A stretch of 64,000 nt of DNA from Candidatus Marinacidobacterales bacterium (lineage in GTDB: Bacteria > Acidobacteriota > Vicinamibacteria > Marinacidobacterales > SMYC01), in the NCBI GenBank assembly GCA_965237955.1, contig OZ250169.1, positions 4,128,001 through 4,192,000 of the forward strand, read 5' to 3'. This document shows, one piece after another, positions 10,952 through 22,356 of this stretch (position 1 is its first letter; each line of letters begins with the position of its first letter). A model generated the notes under the pieces. It did no database searches. It was given only the letters and a program-made list of their open reading frames with translations, and was not told where the DNA came from. The position numbers were made by a program, and so were the translations under genes.

Positions 10952-11282
10952 TTATTCTTTTGCTTTCTTCTTGTAGGGCCCGCGCTTGCGGGGCTTCTTC
11001 GCTTCCGTCTTTTCTAGGAGATTTACCATTTCTTCGATGGTCCAAACGTGGTCGCTCACGCCAGCTTCCATCGCGGGCGTAACAGGTAAACTTTGATGCA
11101 CACGGCCAAAGTTGTAGTACATAACGAAGAGTGCGAAAGCCGCAACATGGTTCGTGATCTTTTTTGAAAAGGCGTTCGTCAACCTAGTCTAGCGACGCAT
11201 GCTCATCCGAACTGTCAAGTTGGATCGTTCAATGAAACTGGTGGAAATGTGTTCAGGGTCTGGACTTCCCGTAATCGTGCGC
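10952..11282 (-). pseudogene. IS1-family transposase C-terminal remnant
   Basis: ISTSFIERSNLTVRMSMRR*TRLTNAFSKK...YNFGRVH...TPAMEAG, with an internal stop. Confidence 0.8.
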
Positions 11283-11449
11283 TGCCGATTTCAAAAGACC
11301 CCACCACCCAAACAGGCCAAATAGACCCATGAGTGTCCGAGCTGGGGTGGTGGAAGCGGTTAGGGGGGATGCCCGGGTGTCAACGCCGGCCGAAAACTGT
11401 GCATTCATGGCGGATGAAAATTGCACACCCGAGCCATGGGTGGCGAACC

Positions 11450-12278
11450 CTATGACGCCGTCGCCTCCGTGTATTTCCTATGAGATTTAGCCGGCGGGTG
11501 AGGTTCGTCCGAACCCGCCGGATGGAGCGCTCGCCACAGTTCGGAGTGCTCTCTCATGCGGTAACTGTTTCCTCGGATGTTGACGAGGTGGCAGTGGTGC
11601 AGAAATGCGGTCGATGAGAGCGGCGGCCATGACTTCGTCGCCAAGGATCTCGCCCCATTCCTCGAAACTTTTGTTAGAGGTGAGCACGGTCGAAGCGCGC
11701 TCGTATCGCCTACTTATGAGCTGGAAAAAAAGCACCGCGCCGGTCTGGGTGACGGGTAGGTATCCGATTTCATCGACAACAAGCAGTGACGGATAACTGA
11801 GAACCGCGAGTCGACGAGTGAGGCGGCCCGCGTCACGAGCCTCTTCGAGGGAGGTGATGAGCTCAGCCAGGGTGCCGTAATAGACGCGCCGTCCATTCTG
11901 GGCAGCGGCGATGGCAAGATGAGTTTTGCCCACACCAGGAGGTCCCAATAAGACGACGTTCTCCTTACGTTCAACGAACCCGAGCTCGTGAAGGTTCTCA
12001 ATCTGCTCGCGTTTGATCGATGGCTGGAACGAAAAATCGAACTCATCGATTGTTTTGACCGCGGGGAGTCGTGAGGAGCGCATCGCCGCTTGGAGACGAC
12101 GGTTGTTTCTCAACGTGATCTGCGCTCCAAGAAGGTTCTCGATGGCCTCCGCCGTTGTGACCGCACCGCCATCGGCATCAGATAGTACGCGGCCGACAGC
12201 TTCGAGCGCGCCAGGCATCTTTAGGTCGGCCAGCATCGTACGGATCTGCTCACGTCGCGATATTGTGCTCGCCTTCAT
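11450..12278 (-). pseudogene. istB: IstB ATPase, frameshifted near 11590
   Basis: GPPGVGKT, LLVVDEIGY; the HHCHLVNIRGNSYR tail is in another frame. Confidence 0.88.
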
Positions 12279-13330
12279 TGTCCACCTCCAACGAGCCGCG
12301 TGTAGACTTCGAGGGGACGATGCTCGACATCCATCGAAGGCAGTGTGGTTAAGCAGGCTTTTGGAGTTCTTCTCGCGGGTTGGTTTGGCAGTACAAGAGA
12401 GCGATATGGCCGCTCAACGAGCGGTCTCAGAGTGGCCCTTTCATCGCGCGCGAATCGTTCTATCGGTCGTTCGTTGGTTGTGCGATGGAGTCGGACGTTG
12501 GCGACGTCACTCAGCCAACGCTCGAGCTGAGCATCGAGGTCGTCATCGTTGATAAAGTGGCGACCGTAGAAGAAGCTTCCTCTCACATAGCGGATTGGCC
12601 TTTCCACTTTGCCCTTGGTCTTCGCCCGATACGGGCGACACGCTCTTGTTCGAAACTCCCAGTGGTGGGCGAAGCGGACGAACTCTGGGTTCTCAACGAG
12701 AGGGCCACCTTCCCGGCGGTGATCCTCGACGATGACCGAACGCATCTGGTCAAAAAGGAGCTCTTTGGGAACTCCTCCAAAAAATAGGAAGGCCTGCTCA
12801 AGCCCCGCGAACAACGTCCGCATGTCCTGTCGCTTGAAAAACCGAAGCCATAGCAGCCTCGAGTATCCGAGCACCACGAGAAGTGCCCACCGACGACCCC
12901 ATGGCAAACGAAAGTGTGCAAAATCGACCTGAGCTTGGTGGCCTGGTGGGGTCTCGAAACGCACCAGCGGCTCCGCCGGTGGCTGTGGGCGAATCTGCCG
13001 CACGTACTCCTTGACCTGCGTGTAGCCGCCTTCATAGCCCGCGGCACGGATCTCATCATGCAGGCGTACTGAACTCAGCTCCGGGAACTCGTGCAGGCGC
13101 GAATGAAGGATCTCCCGGTACGGGTCGATCCTGCGCTCGATCCGCGGACGCTTCTTGTAGCGCACCGTTTCCTCGTCCAACTCTCGGTCCAGTTGACCCG
13201 TCTTTATCCAGTGGTGGACCGTTCGGCGGCTGATTCCTAGCTTGTCTGCTAGCGCCGCCTTCTTGATTCCCTGCTCCAAATACTCTCGTAGTAACACTCG
13301 TTTCTCCCTTCCGTACATCGGCGCCTCCAC
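12275..13330 (-). CDS. istA: IstA transposase
   Basis: HTH, RFETPPGHQAQVDF, YRAKTKGKVER. Confidence 0.92.
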   Translation of the reverse strand: MEAPMYGREKRVLLREYLEQGIKKAALADKLGISRRTVHHWIKTGQLDRELDEETVRYKKRPRIERRIDPYREILHSRLHEFPELSSVRLHDEIRAAGYEGGYTQVKEYVRQIRPQPPAEPLVRFETPPGHQAQVDFAHFRLPWGRRWALLVVLGYSRLLWLRFFKRQDMRTLFAGLEQAFLFFGGVPKELLFDQMRSVIVEDHRREGGPLVENPEFVRFAHHWEFRTRACRPYRAKTKGKVERPIRYVRGSFFYGRHFINDDDLDAQLERWLSDVANVRLHRTTNERPIERFARDERATLRPLVERPYRSLVLPNQPARRTPKACLTTLPSMDVEHRPLEVYTRLVGGGQ

Positions 13331-13554
13331 TCCGGAAACGCCATTCTGATTGAAGGCGCGCCGTCATGTCTGGCACTCCAGACACACGACAACGGCCTCC
13401 TTTTACGGATGGCCGAGTGTGCAATTTTCGTCCGCCATAAGTGTGCAATTTACGCCCGCCGCTAACACCGGGAGCCTGCTGGCGCCTTCTGAGTACTGGC
13501 AGGCCACCGGAAGAGAAACCCAGCTAGGTGTGGATATTGACCGCTATCGTCTGT

Positions 13555-13589
13555 AGCGACGAGTTCAGCAGCAACTCGGCTCGTTAGGC
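13555..13589 (+). other. Partial integron attC site (right arm)
   Basis: TCAGCAGCAACTCGGCTC-GTTAGGC; the core site is exactly complementary to GCCTAAC at 14117. Confidence 0.55.
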
Positions 13590-13631
13590 GGTGCTTGCCG
13601 GAGTCTTCGCAAGGTCTCGTGCGCTTCCAGG

Positions 13632-13811
13632 TCAGCCTTCCAAAAACGCCTTGATCCGCGCGTTCAGGCTGGGCGCCGCCATCGAATCAAAGCCACCGCC
13701 CGCTGCGTGCCCGAAGTCCGATCGAATCGGTTCAAGCTCTGCGTCCGCGAGTAACGCGGCCTCTGCCTCGCAGTCGCTTACGCGAAAGTACAGATCAGTA
13801 TCACAAGGCAT
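13632..13811 (-). pseudogene. Alpha/beta hydrolase (MetX-like) C-terminal fragment
   Basis: MPCDTDLYF...IRSDFGHAAGG carries the Asp/His region; fused behind an unrelated gene. Confidence 0.55.
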
Positions 13812-14100
13812 GACCTGGAGCGGCCGTGGCACAGAGTTGAACCGCCGTCCAAGTCGCAAGCAGCAGGGCAATGACTAGTGCCGCGGCCGATCGTACGAGT
13901 AATAAAGTCCGCCTCCGGCTGTGTGTCTTCCCGATCGCCATGGCTGCGCTGGCGCCAAGGAAGGCTGCGAATGCCATCCACAGCATGCGAAGGTCGTGGC
14001 GGCTGCTAAACGCCCGCATTAATCCGAAGACGAACGGGGCTGCGGCAAGGGCAATTGCGACACAGTAGATCCGACGGTCTCGCGATGTCGGTCTCATCAT
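13801..14100 (-). CDS. Small membrane protein (cassette-borne, probably truncated)
   Basis: Three hydrophobic segments; starts 17 bp from the attC core site. Confidence 0.6.
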   Translation of the reverse strand: MMRPTSRDRRIYCVAIALAAAPFVFGLMRAFSSRHDLRMLWMAFAAFLGASAAMAIGKTHSRRRTLLLVRSAAALVIALLLATWTAVQLCATAAPGHAL

Positions 14101-14116
14101 CGAACTCTTCTCGCCC

Positions 14117-14220
14117 GCCTAACGTGCTGCTGAGCTGCGGCCGGCGTCATTGAAGATAGCGTAATCTGATTCTTTGGGCGAATCGTACGTGCCGGCCGTC
14201 TGCTCCAGCTGAACTTATAC
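14117..14220 (+). other. Integron attC site
   Basis: GCCTAAC-GTGCTGCTGAGCTGCGGCCGGC...GCCGGCCGTCTGCTCCAGC-TGAA-CTTATAC imperfect palindrome with bulged bases; the GTT core is degenerate (CTT). Confidence 0.7.
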
Positions 14221-14250
14221 AGCTCGCCCTTCACATTGTCACCTCCGTAT

Positions 14251-14616
14251 CTACGCTACGGGGAACGGAATGATCTCGGAGCCGAGAAGTGCGCGGTCAC
14301 GCGTCACCAGGGGAATGTTCTCGACTACACTCGTCGCGGCGATAAGCTCGTCGGCGGGGTCGCCGCTGATATCCAAACGCCAGCTTTAACGACAGATTTC
14401 CAACGTCAAGGGCCAAGTGTGGATGCACCTCAGAGTTCGTTCGACCTTGGGGTGTTCGAGCTCGACATCAATGCGGCCGAGTTGCACAAGTTTCGAGAGT
14501 TCCCATAAAACGATGGCAGAGATGCTCCAACGAGTCTCCGAAAGAAGCGAGTGTTCCTTTTCGTTGAGCTCTCCGGCGAGGGCGAAGACTAGTATGTGAG
14601 TATCAAGATTGAGCAT
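14251..14616 (-). pseudogene. vapC: PIN/VapC toxin with in-frame TAA at 14386-14388
   Basis: LDTHIL...ICR*SWRLDISGDPADELIAAT...LVTRD. Confidence 0.85.
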
Positions 14617-14827
14617 TCCATGTCACGCGCGTCGAAAGAATGTCTCCTTTGACCTCGATTTCGTCTTTTAGGCTACCAATGAGATGAGCGGAATCCGCCT
14701 CGATAGGAATCAGTTTTGCCACGGGCTTTCCATGTTTCGTCACGACGATACCTTCCGGCCCGACCTCGTCTAGAATCGCCAGACACTTCTCCTTGAACTG
14801 AGCCGATCCAATGGTTTTTGCACTCAT
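14603..14827 (-). CDS. Phd/YefM antitoxin
   Basis: FKEKCLAILDEV...IVVTKHGKPVAKL; overlaps the toxin start; IS5 lies 4 bp upstream. Confidence 0.88.
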   Translation of the reverse strand: MSAKTIGSAQFKEKCLAILDEVGPEGIVVTKHGKPVAKLIPIEADSAHLIGSLKDEIEVKGDILSTRVTWNAQS

Positions 14828-14831
14828 GACC

Positions 14832-15918
14832 TGCCTTGGTGCACAACTCCGATAGAGGCCGATAGCTCGCTTGGCCCCGACTCCCATCATCCGATCATCT
14901 CGCTATCAGGCATCCCGAGCGCCGTCATGGTGTTGAGAATCTTGCACCCGATCCTTGCCTCGACTCTCTGTGCCGCCAACCCTCTCGCTCGCATCGCTGA
15001 GCCCACGATAGCCTTGTAGCGATGGAACGTTGTCTCGACTTTGCTCCGTTTGCTGTAGCCCGATTCTGTGTGCCACTTTCGTTTGCCGAGCCGAGCTTGT
15101 GCTGCAATGTTGCGATTGCGCTGTCGGCTGCTCGCCGGCCCCGATGCGAGCTGGGCGCCCTTGCGCGGCGGTATCAGCACCCTCGGCGAGCAATGAGCGC
15201 TGTGATTCTCGATTGCCTCATAGACGCCGCCGGCGTCGTATGCGGTGTCAGCTCTGGCCGATGAGATGGGACTGTCGATCTGTCCGACAAGCGATGCAAC
15301 CCGCGATGAATCGCGGGCTCTTTTGCTCGTCAGCTCGCCGGCGACGACTTCGCCACTCTGCTCGTCGACACACAGATGGAGCTTGCGATAGTCCCTGCTC
15401 TTTGGTGCTCTGCGCAGCTGGCCGGCGTGGACAGCGAGACCGCTGCTGTCGATCAAGATGTGCAACGGCGTCTTCTGCTTGTCTTGGTAGAAGGGGACCT
15501 TACCCAGCTTCGCCTTGCGCCTCGAGATCGTGGTGTGATCGGGCACATCATTGTCTAGCTTCATCAGAGCGAACAACGATCGCAGCAATCCCTCGCTCTG
15601 CCTAGATGACAGATGAAACACCATGCCCAGGGTGACAGCCGTCTCGATGGCGTGGTTCGAGTACTTGCGTTGACGGCCCGGTTTCCTCCTCCTCGGCCGG
15701 GGCGCGTCCCAGTTCACAAGCTTGCCGGCGGTGAGCGAGATCCAGACGGTCAGGCTCCCACGGTTGCGTAGACCCGCCTCATATTCACGCCAATTCCTCA
15801 CGCGATAGGCCTTCTTCACATACTTCCGCTGAGTGCGTTTGAAAATGCTCATGGGGAACCTCGAATCCGTGAGTAAAGGACAATTGTGGACCGAGATCGC
15901 GAGTTGTGCACCAAGGCA
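14832..15918 (-). mobile_element. IS5-family (IS903-like) IS, copy 1; transposase 14887-15852
   Basis: 18-bp IR TGCCTTGGTGCACAACTC; NWREYEAGLRNRGSLTVW, IDSSG, ADTAYD, YSKRSKVET. Confidence 0.92.
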
Positions 15919-16724
15919 ACGCCGAAGCGGCAGAACAGTTCGAGAAAGTCACCGAGCTCACTCCAGCCAACATGCGAGCCTACAGTAACCTCGGAACCGC
16001 CTACTTCGCGATGGGAGAGCATGATCGCGCGATCAAAGCATTCCAACTTCCACTCGCAATCAAGCCCACGTACTTCGCGTATTCCAACCTCGGCACGATC
16101 TTCTACTTCCAGGGAAAATACGTTGATGCCGTGCGCGAGATGGAGAGCGCCATGGAGCTGCGGAAGAGCGACTATCGTTCCTGGGCGAACCTCGCAGACG
16201 CCCGATACTGGGTCGAAGGTTTGAAAGCACAAGCCACGGCGGCCTATCTCGAGGCGATAGAATTGGCCGAGAACGATCTCGAGGTCAACCCCAACGATCC
16301 TACCGTTCTCAGCCGGCTGGCAACGTACTACGCCAAACTAGTCCCCTGTATCAGAACAAACTAGATAAAGCAGAGCTTGCCGAAACCATTCTAAGTGCAT
16401 GAATCTTATGAATCTTATGGGCTGGCGAAAAGCCTAACTTTGTATAGTAATCAAAGATCCAGGGGACTAGGCGAGGGCGGACAGGCCCACGAGGCGCTGG
16501 AGCGCGCACAACGTCTCGCTCCCCACGATACCGAACTTTTGGCCCGCGCCGCGCTCGTCCATGAGCTGACGGGAAAGCGCGACGACGCGTTGGAGTACTT
16601 GCGCCAGGCGTTCGCTTCAGGATACTCACCTGATTTCGTCAAACATGAGCCGTTTCACGCTGAATTAAGGAACGACCCCGGATTCGCCGCCGTTCTGGCG
16701 TTCGCTGATGGAGAGAGACCATGA
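15919..16724 (+). pseudogene. TPR C-terminal region, probably of a Ser/Thr kinase; truncated by IS5 and split by a MITE
   Basis: AYSNLG TPR repeats; ELRNDPGF terminus; frame resumes after the MITE. Confidence 0.75.
16342..16466 (+). mobile_element. 125-bp MITE copy 1, flanked by CTAG
   Basis: CTAG-TCCCCTG...CAGGGGA-CTAG; near-identical to 39128 and 47483. Confidence 0.9.
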
Positions 16725-16835
16725 AGCCCTCGATCGTTGCGGGCGTCGTCCCCAAGCCGGCCTCATCGTCTTTTTCGAAGTTGATTTCGACAATGGCACG
16801 ACAGGAACAGAGTCTAGAGACTAAGGAGAAGATAA

Positions 16836-17216
16836 ATGTCGAGATTGGTAACAGTGACGGAACTGGCTATCGAAGTCACGCTCGAGAGCGAGGAGCTCTC
16901 CTATAAATTCAACAACGGCGCAAGTAACTTTCCGCAGAATACGCGCATAAGCAAGAACGGCCGGATCACGTGGAAATTTGCGGCGCAAGACCCCGACACG
17001 GCTTTCATGACTGTCTTCATCGGATGGAACACTCCACTTATAGACTCCGAAAAAAACAGCGCCGTCACGTTGCGCGGCCGCAGAGGTGAGATAACGGCGC
17101 ACGTAGCCCCGGATGCAGCGGAGGGCGTGTACAAATACTCCATCGCCGTTCACTGCGACGGAGAAATCTTCATGGACGACCCTGAATTCATCGTGGACGG
17201 GATGCATTACCCTTAG
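16836..17216 (+). CDS. Small beta-rich hypothetical protein (DP-EP-like C-terminus)
   Basis: AAGGAG RBS; YKYSIAV...DDPEFIV. Confidence 0.7.
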   Translation: MSRLVTVTELAIEVTLESEELSYKFNNGASNFPQNTRISKNGRITWKFAAQDPDTAFMTVFIGWNTPLIDSEKNSAVTLRGRRGEITAHVAPDAAEGVYKYSIAVHCDGEIFMDDPEFIVDGMHYP

Positions 17217-17277
17217 GGCCGGGCACTCAGGGCGTACGCTTCCGGCAAAGGAGACTTCGCTGACTATCTTATCCGCG

Positions 17278-18535
17278 TGTGCCTTCCATAAACTCGATCC
17301 GCAACCCTCAAGCTGCTCTCGACCCTGGGAGCGAGTTCACGCGCGTTGAATGCTTCGGTCGGCGTCGCGGTCATCGCGGAATCGGAGCCCGCGCAAGAAC
17401 GCCGCGCTTTTCGTGAGAAAGACATCACGTCAGTGCGGCGATCGTCACGTAGCGAGGCGACGGTAATAATGATGGAGACCTCCGACTTTCGGAACGGCCG
17501 TCACTCGCCCCATCGAGGGGGGATGGACGGTTCGCGGCTCGGGGGCATCTTTCTCGAGCGACAAGTGAGTCCGGCAGGAATGATAGCAGTCGACGTATTC
17601 GCGCAGGATTCGTCTCGCGTGCCGATCGTTGAGGACGATCACGTGGTCGAGGCACTCGCGGCGAACGCTTCCAATGACTCGTTCGACGTACGGGCTCTGC
17701 CACGGCGAGCGCGGCGCCGTGAGAACCTGTTGGATGCCGAGTTCCGCGACGCGACGTTTGAAGTACGCCCCGTAGATTCCATCCCGGTCCCGCAGCATGA
17801 AGCGAGGCGCGCTATCCCACGGAAAGGCGTCGACGATCTGCTGCGCGCTCCACTCAGCCGTGGGATGTTCCGTGACATTGAAATGTAGGATACGGCGCCG
17901 ATCGTGACGAAGGACGATGAACACAAACAGAACCCGGAACGTGGCGGTTGGCAACGTGAAGAAGTCAACGGACACCAAGTCCTTGACATGATTGTCGAGA
18001 AAGCTCCGCCACGTCTGAGACGGTGGACGGCGATGGCGAATCATGTACTTGGATACGGCGGCCTGGGAAATGGAGATGCCGAGCTTCGCGAGCTCGCCGT
18101 GCACGCGGGGCACTCCCCAGAGCGGATTGGCTCGACACATGTCACGGATCAGCTCGCGTATTTCGGGAGCGACGCCGGGTCGACCCGGCCGACGCCTCCG
18201 GCTCTTCCATGTCCAGTAGCGTTTGAACCCGGAGCGGTGCCACCGGACAACGGTCTCGGGCTTCACGATGATGAGGACCCTGGCCCAGTCGGTCCAGAAT
18301 CTTCGCAACAGCACCCAGAAACCACGGTCCACATTCGACAACCGCGGTCGTTTCACCGAACGTTGGAGGACGGCGAGCTGCTGGCGCAGAGCGAGATTTT
18401 CAAGAGCCAGTGAGCGGCGCGTTTTGAAAGCCGAGATGAGCGAACAGAGAAGCGACCAAATCATGCCGGGATACTGACGTCGGCGTGCGAGAAAGATCAA
18501 TAGCGACGCGCGCGGAGGAATAAATAGAAGGGACA
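17278..18535 (-). mobile_element. IS481-like rve/integrase-core element, apparently complete; ORF 17445-18500
   Basis: LALENLALRQQL, SVDFFT, RDRDGIY, SPWQSPYVER, GGLHHYY; TGT(G/C)CCTTC ends. Confidence 0.8.
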
Positions 18536-19984
18536 GGATGCTCGATGAGCTGGTGCAAGGTCAGAAATAGTAGGAGGATTTTCAAGAATGAGAAAACTAC
18601 TTTTACTCTTTGGATTAACATTATTGATTTCTTGTGTGGGAGCCAAAGTTCAAGATCAGAATACTAGTTCAGAGGCTATAACTGAGGGAACTCAAACAAC
18701 TTCAGAAAGCTCGGCGAATGAAGATACGGTGGCAGACACTTGGGGACAAATTATAGAGGCTTCACCAGAGACATTCTTTGCAGCAGACTTGTCTGATGAT
18801 GTGCGTAACGGTTTAACCAATACATTGCTTGTAGCAACTGCTGAATGGGGAAACTACGGCCCGCTGGAGTATTGGGTGCTGGGGACAGATCTAAAGGCCG
18901 CCCAGGAGCTTACTGAACTCTTCTGCGAACGTCGCTCACAGCTTGGGCAGTGGGAAAAATCTGAATGTTTAAGTCGTCACAGGGACAAGCATGACTTTGA
19001 GTCCTATCGGAAGATAGGCGCTGATGCCATTGCACGTAAGAGGGCGAGTGGGTCCATGGGCTGGAATGGTAATCGAGAATGGGGTATTCATTTTTATACT
19101 TCTTCGTATCCTCTCGGCTTTGATAGACTTTTTGATTCAAGTCCAGGAGGGGAGCAAAAAGGCGTATTTCATGAGTACTTTCACGCAGTACAGCAAGCTC
19201 ACATTTTTGCTCAAGATAATGATGAAAGGAAAGCACTCTCGGGACTCGTATGGTTTATAGAAGGTGGAGCTGACTACATGGCGCAAACTGCTACCAGAAA
19301 GTTGTGGGCTTCAGGTAAGTTGACCACGATCGACAATAGTAGTTTAAGCTCCCTCGAACAGACCTTTGAAAACAAAATGAAGAAGGGTAAGAAGACGATC
19401 GAAAAGAACTGCCCTGGGGTTAAGTTACATGAACTTACTTACGGGAATGATTGTGAGGGTGCGGCCTATGATTTGGGTGCCTGGGCAGTTGGTTATCTGC
19501 TAAACAAGGTAGGCCAAACAGCGCTACTAGACACCTTTTATCCTAGTCTCAACGAACTTGGGTGGGAAGGTGCGTATTCCAGCCATCGTGAACGCCGAAT
19601 CCAGGGCAAGCTAAACAGCGAATCCGGTGAAGCCGAACGCTCATCGAAGCGATGAAGTGTTGGGTGACCTCCTTTCCACTGATTGAAAACGTGAACCTAT
19701 CTTACCTGCGTGTTGTGTAGCAAGGGGCGGCAGGTCGGTGCCGGAGGGAGCGGGCGTAAGGAAAGACGCGAAGCGACCTTCCCGCTCCCGTAGGCAGCGA
19801 CCTGCCGCGGCCGAACCCCGGGCGATGTGGGGCTGGTTTCGGGGGGTTGCTGGGGTATGGCCTGGCTCGAGAAGACGCTTCCTGAGGCATTCTCGCGCGT
19901 CGTTTTGGCGCCGCATCGTCTGGTACCCCGGGTTTGGCGGTTTCACCCGTTTTTATCGCATCGACGCTGTGGTCCCTCGCTCGC

Positions 19985-20743
19985 TCATGCATCGGCGTTG
20001 TCAAATGCCTTTGGCGCAGCCTTGGTCTTTCTCAGAGAAGCTCCTTTGAGAGTGATGCGGTGCGCGCTGTGGAGAATGCGATCGCAGATAGCGTCTGCCT
20101 GGTTTGGGTCGCCAATCGCTTCGTGCCACTGCTTGAGCGGAATCTGGGTCGCGATGAGTGTGGAGCCACGCTCGGCGCGGTCTTCGATGACCTCCATTAG
20201 ATCCCGTCTCTCCGATTCTTTCAGCGGGTGAAGCAGCCAATCATCGATAGCCAGTAAGTCCAGCTTGGCGAGTTTCGTCAAAAGCCGGGCGTAGGAACCA
20301 TCACCACGAGCGACCGCGAGCTCGTGGAGCAAGCGCGGTGCTCGCACGTAGCATCCGGTGAAGCCGCGACGACAGGCCCGCTCCACGAAGGCGCAAGCCA
20401 AGAACGATTTGCCAATCCCCGTCGGGCCGGTGATGAGCAGGTTATGGCGCTCACCGACAAAGCGGCAGTTGCCCAGGCTCAAGATCTGTTCGCGGTTTAA
20501 GCCTCGAGGCGCTTGGAAGTTCACGTTCTCCAAACATGCCGGATAGCGGAGCTTTGCCGCTCGCAGTCGTCGAGAAAGCTTACGCTGTTCGCGGGCGGTC
20601 CACTCGGCATCGACCAGGAGTCCCACACGTTCCTCGAAGCTCAGCTCCTTGTATTCGCTCGAGCTCAACTGGGTTTCGAACGCGGACACCAAGCCGAACA
20701 ACTTCATGGCGTTCATCTTTTCTATCGTTTCGGGTGTCAGCAT
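19985..20743 (-). CDS. istB: IstB ATPase
   Basis: GPTGIGKS, LLAIDDW, ADAICDR. Confidence 0.92.
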   Translation of the reverse strand: MLTPETIEKMNAMKLFGLVSAFETQLSSSEYKELSFEERVGLLVDAEWTAREQRKLSRRLRAAKLRYPACLENVNFQAPRGLNREQILSLGNCRFVGERHNLLITGPTGIGKSFLACAFVERACRRGFTGCYVRAPRLLHELAVARGDGSYARLLTKLAKLDLLAIDDWLLHPLKESERRDLMEVIEDRAERGSTLIATQIPLKQWHEAIGDPNQADAICDRILHSAHRITLKGASLRKTKAAPKAFDNADA

Positions 20744-22294
20744 CGGGACTCTCCTCCTTCGTAGTGATCCGCGCCTCGGATGTTCTCGTGCTCCTCTCGC
20801 GGTTTCGCTTCGGCGTCCGATTCGAGCACCACACGATCCAGACCAGCCGAGAGAATGTTTTTCACCGTGCGATAGCTGTAAGAGCTCAAAGCTTCCGCTC
20901 GTGCGCAAGCGGCCTCGAGACGCTCACTGCCCCAGCGGCTGCCTAGTCGCATGACTCCCAGGCAAGAGCGAAATCCCTGCTCCGGGTGAGGCCGACTCTC
21001 TAGAATCCCCGCAACCAGCCTTCCCGTGGCGCGACCTGACTGCTCCGCCCAGTGGAGCAGCCGCGACGGCGTCCACTCCAGGTGCTCCCGATGCGAACGT
21101 GGCATATGCTCCGGGTTCGTGGAGTAGTGCCCCTTTCCTTTCTTGCGGGGATGCGACGCGACGCGCTTTCCCTTGAACAGGACCTCCACCACCGAGGCCG
21201 TCACCCGTGCCTCGACTTTCTCGTGAATGAGCTGATAGGGAACGCTGTACAAGTTGTTCTCCACCTCCACGTGGTAGTCGATGTTCACTCTGCACCGCTT
21301 CCACGTCGATAACTCGTAGCTCTCCTGCGGTAGCGGTTTCAGTACGGGCCGGTCTAGCCTTTCGTACAACTCCCGCCGACTCACACCGAGCTTCTGCATC
21401 GGACGCGCATTCAGGACCTCTAACTTCTCCCAGATGGCTTCGTTCAGTTCCGCCAGGCTGAAGAACGTGCGATGACGAAGCACCGCCAGGATCCAGCGCT
21501 GCGCCACCTGCACTGCCGACTCCACCTTCGCTTTGTCTTTCGGCTTGAACACCCGAGCCGGGACCACAACCGCACCGTAATGCGTCGCCAGCTCTTCGTA
21601 CGTCCGGTTGATCCCTGGCTCGTAACGGTCCACCAAATCCACGCCGCTCTTCAAGTTGTCCGGAACCCAGATCTCCGTACTGCCACCGAAGTAATCCGAC
21701 ATCCCCTTATGGGCCTTCGCCCACGATTCCAGCGACTGGTTCAGTATCGCTTCGACGTAGGTGTAACTGCTCGCGCCCAACGTCCCGACGAACAGCTCCA
21801 TTTCGACGAGCTCTCCCGTTTTCGGATCGACGATGTGAGGCTTCTTCCCCGAAAAATAGACGAATGTCTTCTCGCCTGCTCGATGCCGTTGACGCATCGT
21901 CGGGTTCAGCTTCTTCTTCCACTGACCGTACAGCTCGCAATAACGGCTGTAGCCGTACGCTCCCGGCTTATTCTCCGCGTACTCCACCCACAGCTGCAGC
22001 AACGTCAGCTCTCGGTGACGCCTCAGCTCCTCGTGGATGTGGGCATAGTCCAGACCCGGCCGTGCGCCAGACGAGCCCGGCGGCGGAAACAGCCCTGCCT
22101 CCAGCTCCCCGTCGCTCAGCTCCTCCGGGAGCGGCCAGCTCAGACCACCCTTCTTCGCCTTGGCCAGGTAACTCACTCACCGTTCCAACCGCCACGCGAA
22201 GTGCCTTTGCGATCATGCGGTGAGTAAAACCCAGCTCGTACTTTAACCTTAGAACCTCTCGTATTTTTCTCATCGATAACCTCTTAGCTGCCAT
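20737..22294 (-). pseudogene. istA: IstA with +1 frameshift near 22170
   Basis: One extra base versus intact copy B; catalytic-region FVDF is FVYF here. Confidence 0.88.
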
Positions 22295-22356
22295 TTCCTA
22301 GATCGTCCTCCTTCCGGGTACGACCTAGAGTTGCCTTGAAACGTGCTATCGATGAG

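Larger units (their letters stand above)
11378..13467 (-). mobile_element. IS21-family IS (type 1) with CCGGG target duplication
   Basis: TGT...ACA ends, repeated TGCACA/GTGCA boxes, CCGGG at 11373-11377 and 13468-13472. Confidence 0.92.

Noticed and set aside
14386-14388. Stop-codon recoding or selenocysteine, given the SelA-like genes
   Set aside because: The in-frame stops are a mix of TAA and TAG in decaying genes; no selB, selC or SECIS evidence; SelA-like paralogues often have other roles
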